From NCBI GenBank assembly GCA_000004985.1, contig GG738876.1: a stretch of 64,000 nt of DNA. One strand, 5' to 3'. Under the pieces are notes generated by a model. The model did not search any database, had not been told where the DNA came from, and worked only from the letters and a program-made list of their open reading frames with translations. This document shows, in pieces, positions 44,217 through 54,305 of the stretch. The position numbers and the translations under genes are program-made. Within the stretch, counting starts at the first letter, position 1; every line of letters begins with the position of its first letter. The DNA is from Naegleria gruberi. Its lineage: Eukaryota.

Positions 44217-47200
44217 ATGTCAAACTTCAACAGCAGTCCACTGTTGTTGGTATTGGCACTTGTATTCCTCACGCTTACATTTTCATCTTTATCATTCGTT
44301 AGTCCACAATGTCCTCATCAACAATCTGGTCTCATCAACTTTTCCACACTCTCCAACTACAACACTCAGTCAGCAAATATTGTCCTCACAGGTGGACAAC
44401 AAGTTCTCGTCGATGTTTCCACAACAAACGTTCTACGTTCCATCGTTGTTAGTTCGGGTACTAGTTTGATATTTAACGATGCCAATTTGAATTTAAATGT
44501 TGAATTTATTAGAGTGGAGAGTGGAGGAAGTTTAATCATGGGAAGTTTGTCGTGTCCAATTAATAATAAGATTGTTGTTACTTTCTATGGAGGTAGAACA
44601 ACTGATAATGTTATTGGAAGTGATCCAGCAGATTCTACTGAAACTGGTATGTTTCATTTTCTAATTTCATGTGTTAAATATTTCATTGTAAACTATTATT
44701 GAAAATGTTACAAAATAGGTTACAAGGGATTAGTGCTCATGACTGGCTCAACAGTTCAAATGCACGGTAAGGTCTACACTCCATCTTGGACAACCCTTTC
44801 CACAACTGTCACCAAGGGATCAGCAACTATTCAAGTTTCCGAATCAACTCAATGGAGAGTTGGTGATAAAATTGTAATCGCTTCAAGTGATTATTCTGAT
44901 TTGTACAATTGGGATGAAGATACTAGAGACTCGTTGCTTTGGAAACGTGGATTTGGTTTTAAGGATCAAACAGAAGAACGTACCATTAAGAGAATTATCA
45001 ATGCTTACACTTTTGAATTGAACTCACCATTGAATTACACTCACTTTAGTCAAGCACCTGACATGATGTGTGAAGTTGCAGTTTTGAATAGAAATATTGT
45101 GTTCACAGGTGATTCATCATCTGATACTAGTTTATTTGGTGGACATATTATGGTTCGTCCAACTGCTTCCAAATGTGAAATTAAAGGAATTGAAATTACC
45201 AAAATGGGATTGAGTGGAATTATGGGAAGATACCCAATCCACTTCCACGTTTGGGGAGAACACGCAAATTCCAATCCAGGAGCTTTCTATTTGAAAGATT
45301 CTTCCATTCACGACACTTATCAAAGATGTGTCGTTGTTCACGATACTAATGGATTGATTATTCAAGGAAATGTTTGTTACAACACTGTAGGCCATCAATA
45401 TTTCTTGGAAGATGGTCCAGAAATGTCCAATTCGTTCATTGGAAACTTAGGCTTAAAGGCAATTCCAGTCCCCAATGAAGATACCAAGCAATTAATCAAA
45501 TCTGAATCATCACCAGCAATTTTCTGGATTACCAATGCCAATAACACATTTATTGGAAACCATGCTGTTGGAGGTCGTTTTTCCTATTGGTTTACTCAAC
45601 CAGCCAATCCAACTGGTCTCTCAGCAACTAAATACGGTACCAATAACTATTATGTCAGGCCAAGGAATCAACCACTTGGTGTCTTTAGGGATAACGTTGC
45701 TCATGGTGCTGGTGAAAATGCACTCCATATTGATGACATGGTTAAGCCAGATACAACTACTGAACCGGAGGCTTTCGTTCCTTTGAGAGGTCCATATCCT
45801 GTTCTTGATTATTGGGTAGCTCCTGATTATGTGGATGCTATTTTTGAAAATTTTGTTGCTTGGAAGAATAGAGGATATGGTATTTGGTCTCGTTCCGCTC
45901 ACTTGGTTTTCAGAAATTGTAGATTGTACGATAATAGAATTGGTATGAATGCTCCACCTAATGGTCCTGTTTTATTTGAGAATTGTTATATTGTTGCTGA
46001 AACAGCAAATGTTGGCGAAGTCACCTCAATGAGAAGTCAAGTTGATAAGGGAGGAAGAACTAGACCTGGGCAATGGTCTTCTGAAGAAGTTTTGAAAGGT
46101 ATGGAACACTATGATAATGGTGGCCCTCAATTGGTTAGAAATGTTACCTTTGTTGGATTTAAGACTGATCAATACAGAGCTGCTGGTTCGCTTTCTGGGT
46201 TGAGTTACGCACCATTTAAGCATCAAACCAAGAACAAGTATGCTGATATGAAATTCATTGATAGTAATGTCTATTATCAATATGATTCTTTCTATGATTC
46301 ACACAAAGGAACAACTGTATTGGATGTTGATGGTTCATCAACTGGACTCAAACCAAATGGTTGGATTGTTAGCAATGATTCCCTCCTTATTCATCCAAAA
46401 TGTGAAGCCAAATCTGAATGGAATGGTTTTAAATGTCCTGTATTCCCTGAAAGTTATGGACAATTGGAAGTTTTGAATTTACAATTCTCTAGTACTTCAA
46501 ATACTGGTTCCAATGGTGTCAACTATCCTGATCTTTCTGATCCATCAAAGCGTGTCATGAGAATGAAAGTAATTGATTTAAAGAGAGGCTCTTCATCTTC
46601 AGTAATTGGTGCAACATCATCTGGTTCACCTAATGTATTGGCATTATTGTCAAATATTGTCATGAGAAATTTATATACTCTAAGATGGGCTTTCAACACT
46701 CCTACACCAAGTCAATTGCAACTTTCTCTCCGTTCCAATGCTCACAGTGATTGGGTCATTATTGCAATTCAATATCCAACTGGATCAACTTTTGAAGTTG
46801 TTCGTAAAACCTGGTCACAAAGTCCATTAACTTTGAGTTCAGTTGATTCTCTCTCTGCCTTGATGGATAATCCAGATTCCTACTATTACGAAAGTTACTC
46901 TCAACATTTGTACATTAAATTGGAAAATAGAGCCGGATTGGATGCCTGGGAAGAATGGCGTGGTTTCAGTGATTATGCATATGATGGTATTTCAATTACT
47001 ATTAAGGCAACATGTCCTAGCAACTCATGCTCGCCTACCAAATTTGATTATCCAACCAATTATGCCACTCTTTTGCAAAGAAACATTCGTGAAGAGAGAT
47101 ATGCCGGTGTTTTGCAAACTTGTCAACAAAACCTTGTGAAATCTGTCAATACCAATACTGGATCTGGTTATGTCTTTGCTTTTGCCAATCCTGTTAAGAG

Positions 47201-48347
47201 AACTGTCGATTTTAGTGTTTATCATGACTTGTCTTCAATTGTTACTAAGGTTGAAGTTGGAATTGGGTTGCCAGGTGCTGAAAAGAGAATTGTTCAAAGA
47301 CCTTACAAGATTAGTCCTTACACTGTTTCACGTTTCACTCTCCAATACACTTATGATGAATATGTTTCACTTTTGAAAGGTGAAGTTTTTGTGAAATTAT
47401 CAACAAGTCAAAATCCAAATGGTCATTTGAGAGCTCAAATTTATTGTAATAACGGTAAGAGAGATGGTCTTCCTAATTGTTCTCTTCCACCTACTATTTC
47501 AACTGCCAAACCGTGTGATGCTGTCCCTGGAGCTTTAAATATTTATTCTGAAAAGACTGATATTACTGGATGGCCTGATTGGGATATTTACTCATACACA
47601 GATAATATTGACACAAACCAGACCTATGTTAATTATTCATATACTGAATCTCCAATTTGTGGTGCTACTTCTATTCTATTTGGTACTCAAAGAGGAGCTA
47701 TTCAAATTTACCATCACACTGGAAGCCCAATGCCTTCTATTGACACTGCTCAATACAAGTACTTTGAATTCTTTGCCAAGGCCAAGAGTGGAGGACCAGT
47801 TCAATTGGGTATTGCCTTTTTCAAATACGATTCTGCTAAGGGTTCATCTGTTGCAATTGGAAATCTTGAACCAATCACCAACTCTTACATTCAACATTTC
47901 ATGATTGATGATCAAAGAGTAACTAGAGTGAGAATTCCACTTTCTGCCGTTCCTGGATTTACTGGCCAACAAAGCCTTCAAACAATCACCATTTACACAG
48001 TCCAACCATGGAACAGTGCTATTTTCAGAGAAGTTATTATTGATAATTTGAGATTTGTTAAGGAAACTACCGATGTCAAATCATTACAGGGAATTAATGG
48101 AACTAGTGATATTGTTTATTTCAATGAAAAGGTCTGTTCAGCTTCACCTGTCACTAATCCAGACTCTGATCCATTGGGATTAATTACTTTCAGTGCATTG
48201 CCAGCTCCAGATCCAATTCCACAATCTAGCACAACACCATCCAATAGTTCTGGAAATAATTCCAAGCTCTCTGTTGGTTCTATCTCTAGAGCTAATAACT
48301 TTATTGTTGGATTATTGGTTGCTTTGATTTGCTTCTTTCTAATATAA
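44217..48347 (+). CDS. G8-domain plus right-handed beta-helix (PbH1) cell-surface protein of the CEMIP/TMEM2 family (putative polysaccharide hydrolase/lyase). Signal peptide and probable C-terminal GPI-anchor signal. 2 exons: 44217..44646, 44719..48347.
   Basis: Signal peptide MSNFNSSPLLLVLALVFLTLTFSS. G8-like segment (GGQQVLVD...VESGGSLIMG...KIVVTFYGG). Repeated GxxxHxxxN-type beta-helix motifs follow (GGHIMV, IHFHVWGEHANSNPGAF, VVVHDTNGLIIQGNVCYN...). The GTATGT...AAAATAG intron (72 bp) is phase-consistent. The C-terminus is Ser-rich followed by the hydrophobic NNFIVGLLVALICFFLI. Confidence 0.75.
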
Positions 48348-48534
48348 TAAAATAGTTTTCAGTTGTAACAAGATGAATTTCAAAATTATTACTTCCATTT
48401 CCAGTTTCATTTTATTGTCTCAAAACGTTTCTTTAAGGAAATGTAAACATGTCAATTAAAAAGTATGTGATTTAGTTTATTTACAAGTTGTGAGATATTT
48501 ACAAATTTTCAATGTCAAAATCCTGCTTTCAACA

Positions 48535-50584
48535 TTATTGCTGTTGTTCTTCGTGAGCAGAGTCGTGATGATCGTCATCCACCAAGACGTCCATGACATC
48601 TTCAACATCGTTGACCTGTTCCTCAGTGATAACCATTTGCTTTTCAGCCAAGTTTCTATAGATACCATTTGGAATCTTGACGAGTTCACTATGTTTACCC
48701 TTTTCTTTCATGACGCCTTTAACCAAGACACAGATAACATCTGAGTTAATGACAGTTGTCAATCTGTGAGCAATACAAATGGTAGTTCTTCCCTTCATCA
48801 ATTGATCCAAAGCAGCTTGAACCAAACTTTCAGATTCAGTATCTAGAGCAGAGGTAGCTTCATCCAAAAGTAAAATCTTTGGATTTTGCAATAAGGCTCT
48901 AGCTATGGCAATTCTTTGCTTTTGACCACCAGATAAAGAAACACCCTTTTCACCAAGTTGGGTTTCATACTTATCAGGTAAATCCATAATAAAGTTGTGA
49001 GCATTAGCTTGTTTGGCAGCATTTTCAATTTGTTCAGGAGTACAATTTTCCAATCCAATTGAGTAGGCAATATTATACTTGATAGATCCAGCAAAGAGAA
49101 CTGGTTCTTGTCCTACAATACCAATCACCTTGTGTAAGTACATTGGATCGATAGTTTCCAAATCGACTCCATCCAAATAAATCTTTCCCTTAACTGGTTT
49201 GTAGAATCTTTCCAATAAACCAACAATTGTTGATTTACCAGAACCAGATGGACCAACTAAAGCAATGGTTTGACCCTTTTTGATATCCAAACTAAAGTCC
49301 TTCATAACAAGAGTATTCGGTCTGGAAGGATAGGCAAAATCAACATTATCAATAACAATGTTTCCTTCAATATTTTCAGGTTGAACTCCTCCCATGAATG
49401 GAATATCTGGCTTTCTCAAAACAACCTTCAACAAGGTTGTTTCAGAAACGAATGCTTTACCATAATGAGGATAAAAAGTTGCTGATCTAGTCAAACTGAT
49501 AACACCCAAATAAAGCATACCAAAAACTTTGAATATCGAACCGAGTGTGGCTTGTTTTTCAGCTACCATATCACCACCAAACCAAAAGGCCAACGCAATA
49601 GTTCCATAAGTAACCATAGCAGCCCATCCATAAGCGAAAGAGTGAGCCATTCCCTTATAAATACCATTTCTATTAATCTTGAATAAATCCAATTTAAATC
49701 TTTCAATTTCCTTTAATTCTCCAGCCATTGAACGAATTGTCTTGATACAACCTGTAATTTCATTGGAAACAGCAGCAGAATTTTCAGTCAATCTATTAAT
49801 TCTCTTTGTGATGAGTGTAGAGATGGTGGACATGATCATGTAATTGATAAAAGTTAATGGTGATGTACTAACTAGGATCAATGCCATTTTCCAATTGACA
49901 CACATTGCCAAAATGAAACCAACAATAAATTGAATAATTTCTTGAAGGTAGAGATACAATTCGTTGGTGTAAACATCTTGAATTTTTGGAATATCTTCAG
50001 ATAAGACAACTGTCAATGCACCCAATTTCTTAATATCAAAGAAACTCATTTCTTGCTTGGCGAGGGCCTTCATATAGGCCTCTCTGAGAGCAGTACCCAA
50101 ACGAGCATTACTCAATTGCAAGAAGAAATGTTGCATGGCAAAGGCAACCATACCACAAAATGTAATAATTGTCAATTTGATAGCTGTTTGAGCGACAGCA
50201 TCTTTCAATTGATCCACAGTTGCAGTTCCAGCATTGAGGAAAAAGGCATCAATTAAATCACCTAAAATCCATTGACAACTGAAAATGCAAGTCAGATTAT
50301 TGAAATTTCACTAGAAAAACTTACATGACAGGAATTAAACCATAAGCCATACATCCAATAGCTCCAATTCCTACAAAAATCAAATTCCAACCAAATATTT
50401 GAAGAATCTTTAAGTGGTGATAAAACTTAATGTTAGGTTCTCTTGCATCTTTGATTGCAACTTCATTCTCCTTCTTTACTTTCTTATTCTTTCTTTTAAA
50501 AACGTGTCTTCTTTCCTCAGTTGATTGTTTGGTGGCAACACCAGTTCCTTGTTGTTGTTGCAATTGTACAACTTCAGTAGGCAT
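48535..50584 (-). CDS. ABC transporter, B-family half-transporter (TMD-NBD, ~667 aa). 2 exons on the minus strand: 50325..50584 and 48535..50278.
   Basis: Walker A GPSGSGKST, ABC signature LSGGQKQRIAIARAL, Walker B ILLLDEATSALD, H-loop IAHRL. Six TM helices lie upstream. Exon 1 (MPTEVV...GLIPV) joins via AT|GTAAGT...TTTTCAG (46-bp intron) to ICQWILGDLIDAFF... in frame. Confidence 0.85.
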
Positions 50585-50999
50585 AGTGAAATAATGAATA
50601 TTAGTTTTTTTTGTGATTGTTCTATATCGAAATCATTCAAACATTTGCTATTTAAATGATGATAGTACTGTGATGATCTCATATTTCGTTGCTGATTCTC
50701 TAACTTGTAGCCATGATGGTGATTCTTTTTCGTTGTTCATAATTTTAGAACAGATTACAAATTGAATAATACTCCTCAATTCGGATTCCATTCTTGAACA
50801 AGTTGCCTCAAGTATTTTCAACTGCACAGTCACGGGGAATTGTCATCATAAACATCCGAATGAAAGATGTTAGTATTCTGAAGGTTATGATGACTTTTTA
50901 TTTAGAATTTTAGCATAAAATAAAAATTATTTAAATAAAAAAATAAAAATAAAATAGAATTTAATTTTTCTTGCTCACAAACACATTCATGTGATTATT

Positions 51000-51060
51000 A
51001 TTAGTTGTTGTTTTAGTGAACAGGCTCTTAACCTTGTGGTCGTGGGTTCGACCCCCAGTT
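51000..51060 (+). pseudogene. Decayed tRNA-Lys(CUU)-derived remnant. The 3' half is recognisable, the 5' half is degenerate and the acceptor stem cannot form.
   Basis: CAGGCTCTTAACCTTGTGGTCGTGGGTTCGACCCCCAG matches the anticodon loop CTCTTAA and the GGTCGTGGGTTCGAGCCCCACG T-arm of eukaryotic tRNA-Lys(CUU). Upstream, only a TAGTGAAC D-arm vestige remains. The B-box-like GGGTTCGACCCC sits at 51044..51055. Confidence 0.4.
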
Positions 51061-51206
51061 TAAAGTAATGGCAAGACTACTTTTACCAACATTGGAAGGA
51101 GCAATTAATAGAATTCTTGCCCAGTTAATCTTTTCTGATCGTTTTTTGAGCTCTACGGTTTCCCACATAATTTAGGTTTCCAATGTAAATTAGAAAAATT
51201 AAAGAA

Positions 51207-51216
51207 AAATTAAAAA
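51207..51216 (-). terminator. RNA polymerase III terminator (T5 then A2T5 run) at the SRP RNA 3' end
   Basis: Minus-strand ...GACUAAUG followed by TTTTTAATTTTTC. Confidence 0.6.
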
Positions 51217-51550
51217 CATTAGTCTGACTCCCAGATTTCACTCTCTGTTAGCTCATGCTCAGTTCTGCAATCTGACCATCCTACAGTGTGAAGGCTATGA
51301 TTTGCTCAGTTATCCTGCCTCAACCGGTTCACCTTTCATTAGGACCCTAGTTTCTCCTTATTCATGGGGAGGTACTATGGTCACACCGCTATTGGCGCAG
51401 ACAGAACATCGTCACCATATTGCTAACAGAGGAATGAGTCTGAAGAACCATCCCTTTGCCTGACGCTGTGGCAGAGAACCATCACAGCTACCTCCCTACA
51501 GTAGCCCAGCTTGTCTTTGTGGATAGATCTAGAGGTAGAAGAGTGGATCT
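51215..51550 (-). ncRNA. 7SL/SRP RNA: Signal recognition particle RNA (7SL/SRP RNA) gene. The 3' end is defined by the terminator; the 5' end is approximate (51510-51555).
   Basis: The minus-strand sequence contains the helix-8 core AAAGGUGAACCGGUUGAGGCAGGAUAACUGAGCAAAUC (compare human GGGGUGAACCGGCCCAGGUCGGAAACGGAGCAGGUCAAAAC). It also carries the conserved CAAUAUGGUGAC and an Alu-domain hairpin GCUAC-UGUAGGGAG-GUAGC whose loop ends in GGGAG. Helix 5 is supported by perfect pairing of CUCUGUUAGC with GCUAACAGAG. A T5 terminator follows directly. No ORF conservation; the ORF at 51423..51635 is spurious. Confidence 0.75.
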
Positions 51551-51582
51551 GATCGTAAAAACCTGATTTGATGTGGTTCTCA

Positions 51583-51634
51583 AATAAAAAATATTTTAAC
51601 CTTATCATGATCAATGGATTATTTGATGACGTCA
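51583..51634 (-). promoter_or_regulatory. Candidate SRP RNA upstream promoter elements: a perfect CRE/ATF palindrome TGACGTCA (51627..51634) and a TATA-like TATTTTTTATTT (51583..51594)
   Basis: The elements lie about 30-85 bp upstream of the inferred 5' end on the minus strand. Vertebrate 7SL genes use an upstream ATF/CRE-like element, which makes this arrangement suggestive. Confidence 0.35.
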
Positions 51635-51659
51635 TTTGGCTTTCAAGGGATTAATAATG

Positions 51660-53150
51660 TTAGTATTGGTAAATCTTGTTAAGCCACTCCTCGCCAAAGG
51701 ATAGAGTTATTAAACAAATGAGAAAGCAGGTGGCCATCTTTCCATTCATTTCTGTGGCAAAGTATCTTCCAATGAAAGGAGATGCATCACTGAGTGAGCT
51801 TTGAAAGAGAGACATGCCACCGAATGAGTAATTTTCATCACTTAGGGACAAATGGAGAGCTGGTGGTACATAATTGCTCTTACTGCAACCTCTAAATTCA
51901 TTATCATTGTCATATGAAATGGAAAATGATAACCTAGTCGCCTCCTTACTTGGCCAGTGAATAAAAAGTGTGGCATCTAGTTTATCGTAGGAATATTCGT
52001 GACTGGTTGAGTGGTCTATTATACAGGTATTGGAAAATATGTTGGTTATAAATTGGTTGAATACACAGGGATTATTCGAGAAATGAGGTTTAAAAGCACT
52101 CACAATCTTTGTGAGTTGAGCTTGGTGTGGAAGTTGAAGCAAGTTGGCATTGTTCAATACGGTGAAGAATTTCCAATTACCAATTCTGGAAGAAACCTCT
52201 TGAGGTAGGCTAGTTCTTAACTTGTGAATGTATCTCCATACTAGATTATTGGATAATAGAGTTGACCACTCCTTGCTTAACATTGACATGAAATTCAATT
52301 CTTTTCCAGATAAGTAGCTCATGATATTAAGCACAATATCAGTGGAGAAGTATTGTTTCTGTATCTTAACTCCTTCCAAAGAAGAAATATCAAATGCTAA
52401 ACTAGTATCATCTGAATTGATAAGTTTAAAATCAATTTCCTGATCCTTAAAGAACTTTTTCAAAATCAAAGGTTGATACAGAATTTTGTGAACTTTTCCA
52501 GCTAATTCTGCAATATTATCTACAACACATGTGAAAATCTTATTGTCGTGGTTGGAGCAACAGATTTTTTGAACAGCAAGTAGAATGTGCTCATCGAGAT
52601 TATCAATATCCATCCAAGTATTAAATCTTGGAAGGATAAATCCACAAACCTGCTGAGCAATATAATCCCATGATTCTTGATAGAATTCAATATCATCAGT
52701 CGATTTTAACTTCCTCTTGATGGGAGATGTTTTGAAAACATCCTTCAATCGTTTCATATTAGATGGTAATATCTCATCACAGAGCATATCTTTTGTAATA
52801 TTGTAAGGATAATTATTGGTGACAATCTGTGAAACAATATTAATAGAAATTTCTCTAAACAATTCACTATCGGTATTTTGATGGGATTTGAAGAGTGTTT
52901 GTAATACTGTCACTTTGATCAACCTATCATAGTATATAAAATCAAGTGGATCGGTAGCAGTGTCAAATGGAGGGTTGAGAAATGCATTCTCGAGCTTATT
53001 AATCATCCTAATGAGTGAAAAATCATTCAAGTGAATTTTCCATTTTTCCATCTCAATATTTTGACAAAGGTGGGATCTTTTCAATACTTCCAATAAGCTT
53101 AATGGCGCTAAAAATGCTTTTTTAAAGAAAGGTACCGAAACCTTTTCCAA
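51660..53150 (-). CDS. F-box-domain protein, 3' ORF (496 aa) of a probable split gene with 53165..53713. The two are joined either by an 80-bp GTTTGC...AAAAG intron (53142..53221) or by a 1-nt frameshift.
   Basis: F-box-like motif IVLNIMSYLSGKELNFMSMLSKEWSTLLSNNLVWRYI. The ORF opens with a TTG only. An in-frame splice ...KDWKEIS|VSVPFFKKAFL... is possible. Confidence 0.5.
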   Translation of the reverse strand: MEKVSVPFFKKAFLAPLSLLEVLKRSHLCQNIEMEKWKIHLNDFSLIRMINKLENAFLNPPFDTATDPLDFIYYDRLIKVTVLQTLFKSHQNTDSELFREISINIVSQIVTNNYPYNITKDMLCDEILPSNMKRLKDVFKTSPIKRKLKSTDDIEFYQESWDYIAQQVCGFILPRFNTWMDIDNLDEHILLAVQKICCSNHDNKIFTCVVDNIAELAGKVHKILYQPLILKKFFKDQEIDFKLINSDDTSLAFDISSLEGVKIQKQYFSTDIVLNIMSYLSGKELNFMSMLSKEWSTLLSNNLVWRYIHKLRTSLPQEVSSRIGNWKFFTVLNNANLLQLPHQAQLTKIVSAFKPHFSNNPCVFNQFITNIFSNTCIIDHSTSHEYSYDKLDATLFIHWPSKEATRLSFSISYDNDNEFRGCSKSNYVPPALHLSLSDENYSFGGMSLFQSSLSDASPFIGRYFATEMNGKMATCFLICLITLSFGEEWLNKIYQY

Positions 53151-53164
53151 TATTTCAAACGATT

Positions 53165-53713
53165 TTAATCATTGCAATATTCAATCTCAATAATCGATCC
53201 ACAATTCAATTGAAGGCAAACAGATATTTCCTTCCAATCTTTTGGCAAAATTTCATTAATTCTCAAAGTTACTTCCTCTTCGCTGTCATCATTCAAATTT
53301 TCATGGGTGAAATTCTGAACCTTGATCAAGTAATTAATTCTCACCTCTCGAATAACCTTACCACTACTCGATATCAATAACTCTTTCAATGATCCAATAT
53401 CCATACACACCAAATCCCAATCACTTTTATCAATATTCAAAAATCTCTTCCGACTCTGCTTCATAATAAAGTGATTTCTATAGAGTGTATCATCAAACAT
53501 CTCTAAATTAGTATCCTGATAGTATTCTATTAAAGCCCTCGAGCCAATCAATAGAAAATCAAGAGGAGGAATCTTTTCTTGATCATCATTGTACCTCTGT
53601 TTTGATGGAAATTCCCTTTTTAAAATGTTGATCAATTCATCAACACTGATCACTCTCATCCATTCCGTTAGTGATAATTGGCGATTATCATCACTAGTAT
53701 CGTGTTGAAACAT
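53165..53713 (-). CDS. Hypothetical protein, 5' ORF (182 aa) of a probable split gene, continued by ORF 51660..53150
   Basis: True ATG at 53711. It ends in a TAA that overlaps the opening of the downstream ORF inside the sequence GATTAAAATCG. The downstream ORF has no ATG near its 5' end. Confidence 0.5.
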   Translation of the reverse strand: MFQHDTSDDNRQLSLTEWMRVISVDELINILKREFPSKQRYNDDQEKIPPLDFLLIGSRALIEYYQDTNLEMFDDTLYRNHFIMKQSRKRFLNIDKSDWDLVCMDIGSLKELLISSSGKVIREVRINYLIKVQNFTHENLNDDSEEEVTLRINEILPKDWKEISVCLQLNCGSIIEIEYCND

Positions 53714-53819
53714 TTTTTTCTACTCAAACTTGGAATTTAACTAGCTTACAATATATTAAGAACTGTTTCGAATACAGTTCAATATTCTTCTTCCTAAATT
53801 CGATACATAATTAAACAAA

Positions 53820-54236
53820 ATGGGACAATCACTGGCTGCAGAACATTCCCATCTCTTCCTAGCTCCACCAACCTCTATTTCCTATCCAATCCCATTTCAA
53901 TCACGAGATGATTTCACTCAAGATGCTCATCAATTCCGAATTGATTTCCATTCGGTGAGTCATGAGGATTATCAAAGGAGTTTCTCAACGAAGGGATTCT
54001 ATGTAAGATCGTGCGTGAATTTGTATGTTGTTCGGAAGCTGCTCGAGAATGAACAAGATTATCAATTACTTGCTCAGTACTGTTTAGTGTATGGTCCTTG
54101 TTCGGGACAATATAAAATCTATAGAATTTGTTCGAGTTTGAATGGTGGAAAATCAGAGTTGGTTAATTCGCAGAGATTGACTGCTGATTTGATTAATTTT
54201 GTCAGGAATGACATTGTAAATATATTATTAAATTAA
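53820..54236 (+). CDS. Hypothetical small protein (138 aa) with an N-terminal MGQSLAA motif (possible N-myristoylation site)
   Basis: ORF with a true ATG. No recognisable domain. Confidence 0.35.
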   Translation: MGQSLAAEHSHLFLAPPTSISYPIPFQSRDDFTQDAHQFRIDFHSVSHEDYQRSFSTKGFYVRSCVNLYVVRKLLENEQDYQLLAQYCLVYGPCSGQYKIYRICSSLNGGKSELVNSQRLTADLINFVRNDIVNILLN

Positions 54237-54305
54237 TAATACTGTAACTATTAAATTATTAAAATAATATTTAATAATTATTTAATAATTATTAAAAAAA
54301 ATAGC

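Noticed and set aside
50640-50720. Cluster of TGATGA motifs upstream of the ABC transporter gene (possible snoRNA)
   Set aside because: The C-to-D spacing is under 50 nt and D' and terminal stem are lacking. The overlapping short ORFs 50476..50682 and 50648..50833 are also unsupported.
51000-51060. Intact tRNA gene around the GGGTTCGACCCC T-arm
   Set aside because: Acceptor stem and D arm cannot be formed on either strand and the T stem carries a disrupting change. It was therefore called a tRNA-Lys(CUU) remnant.
51423-51635. 70-aa minus-strand ORF inside the SRP RNA region
   Set aside because: It overlaps the structured 7SL RNA helix 8 and Alu domain and its upstream promoter. It has no coding-like composition.
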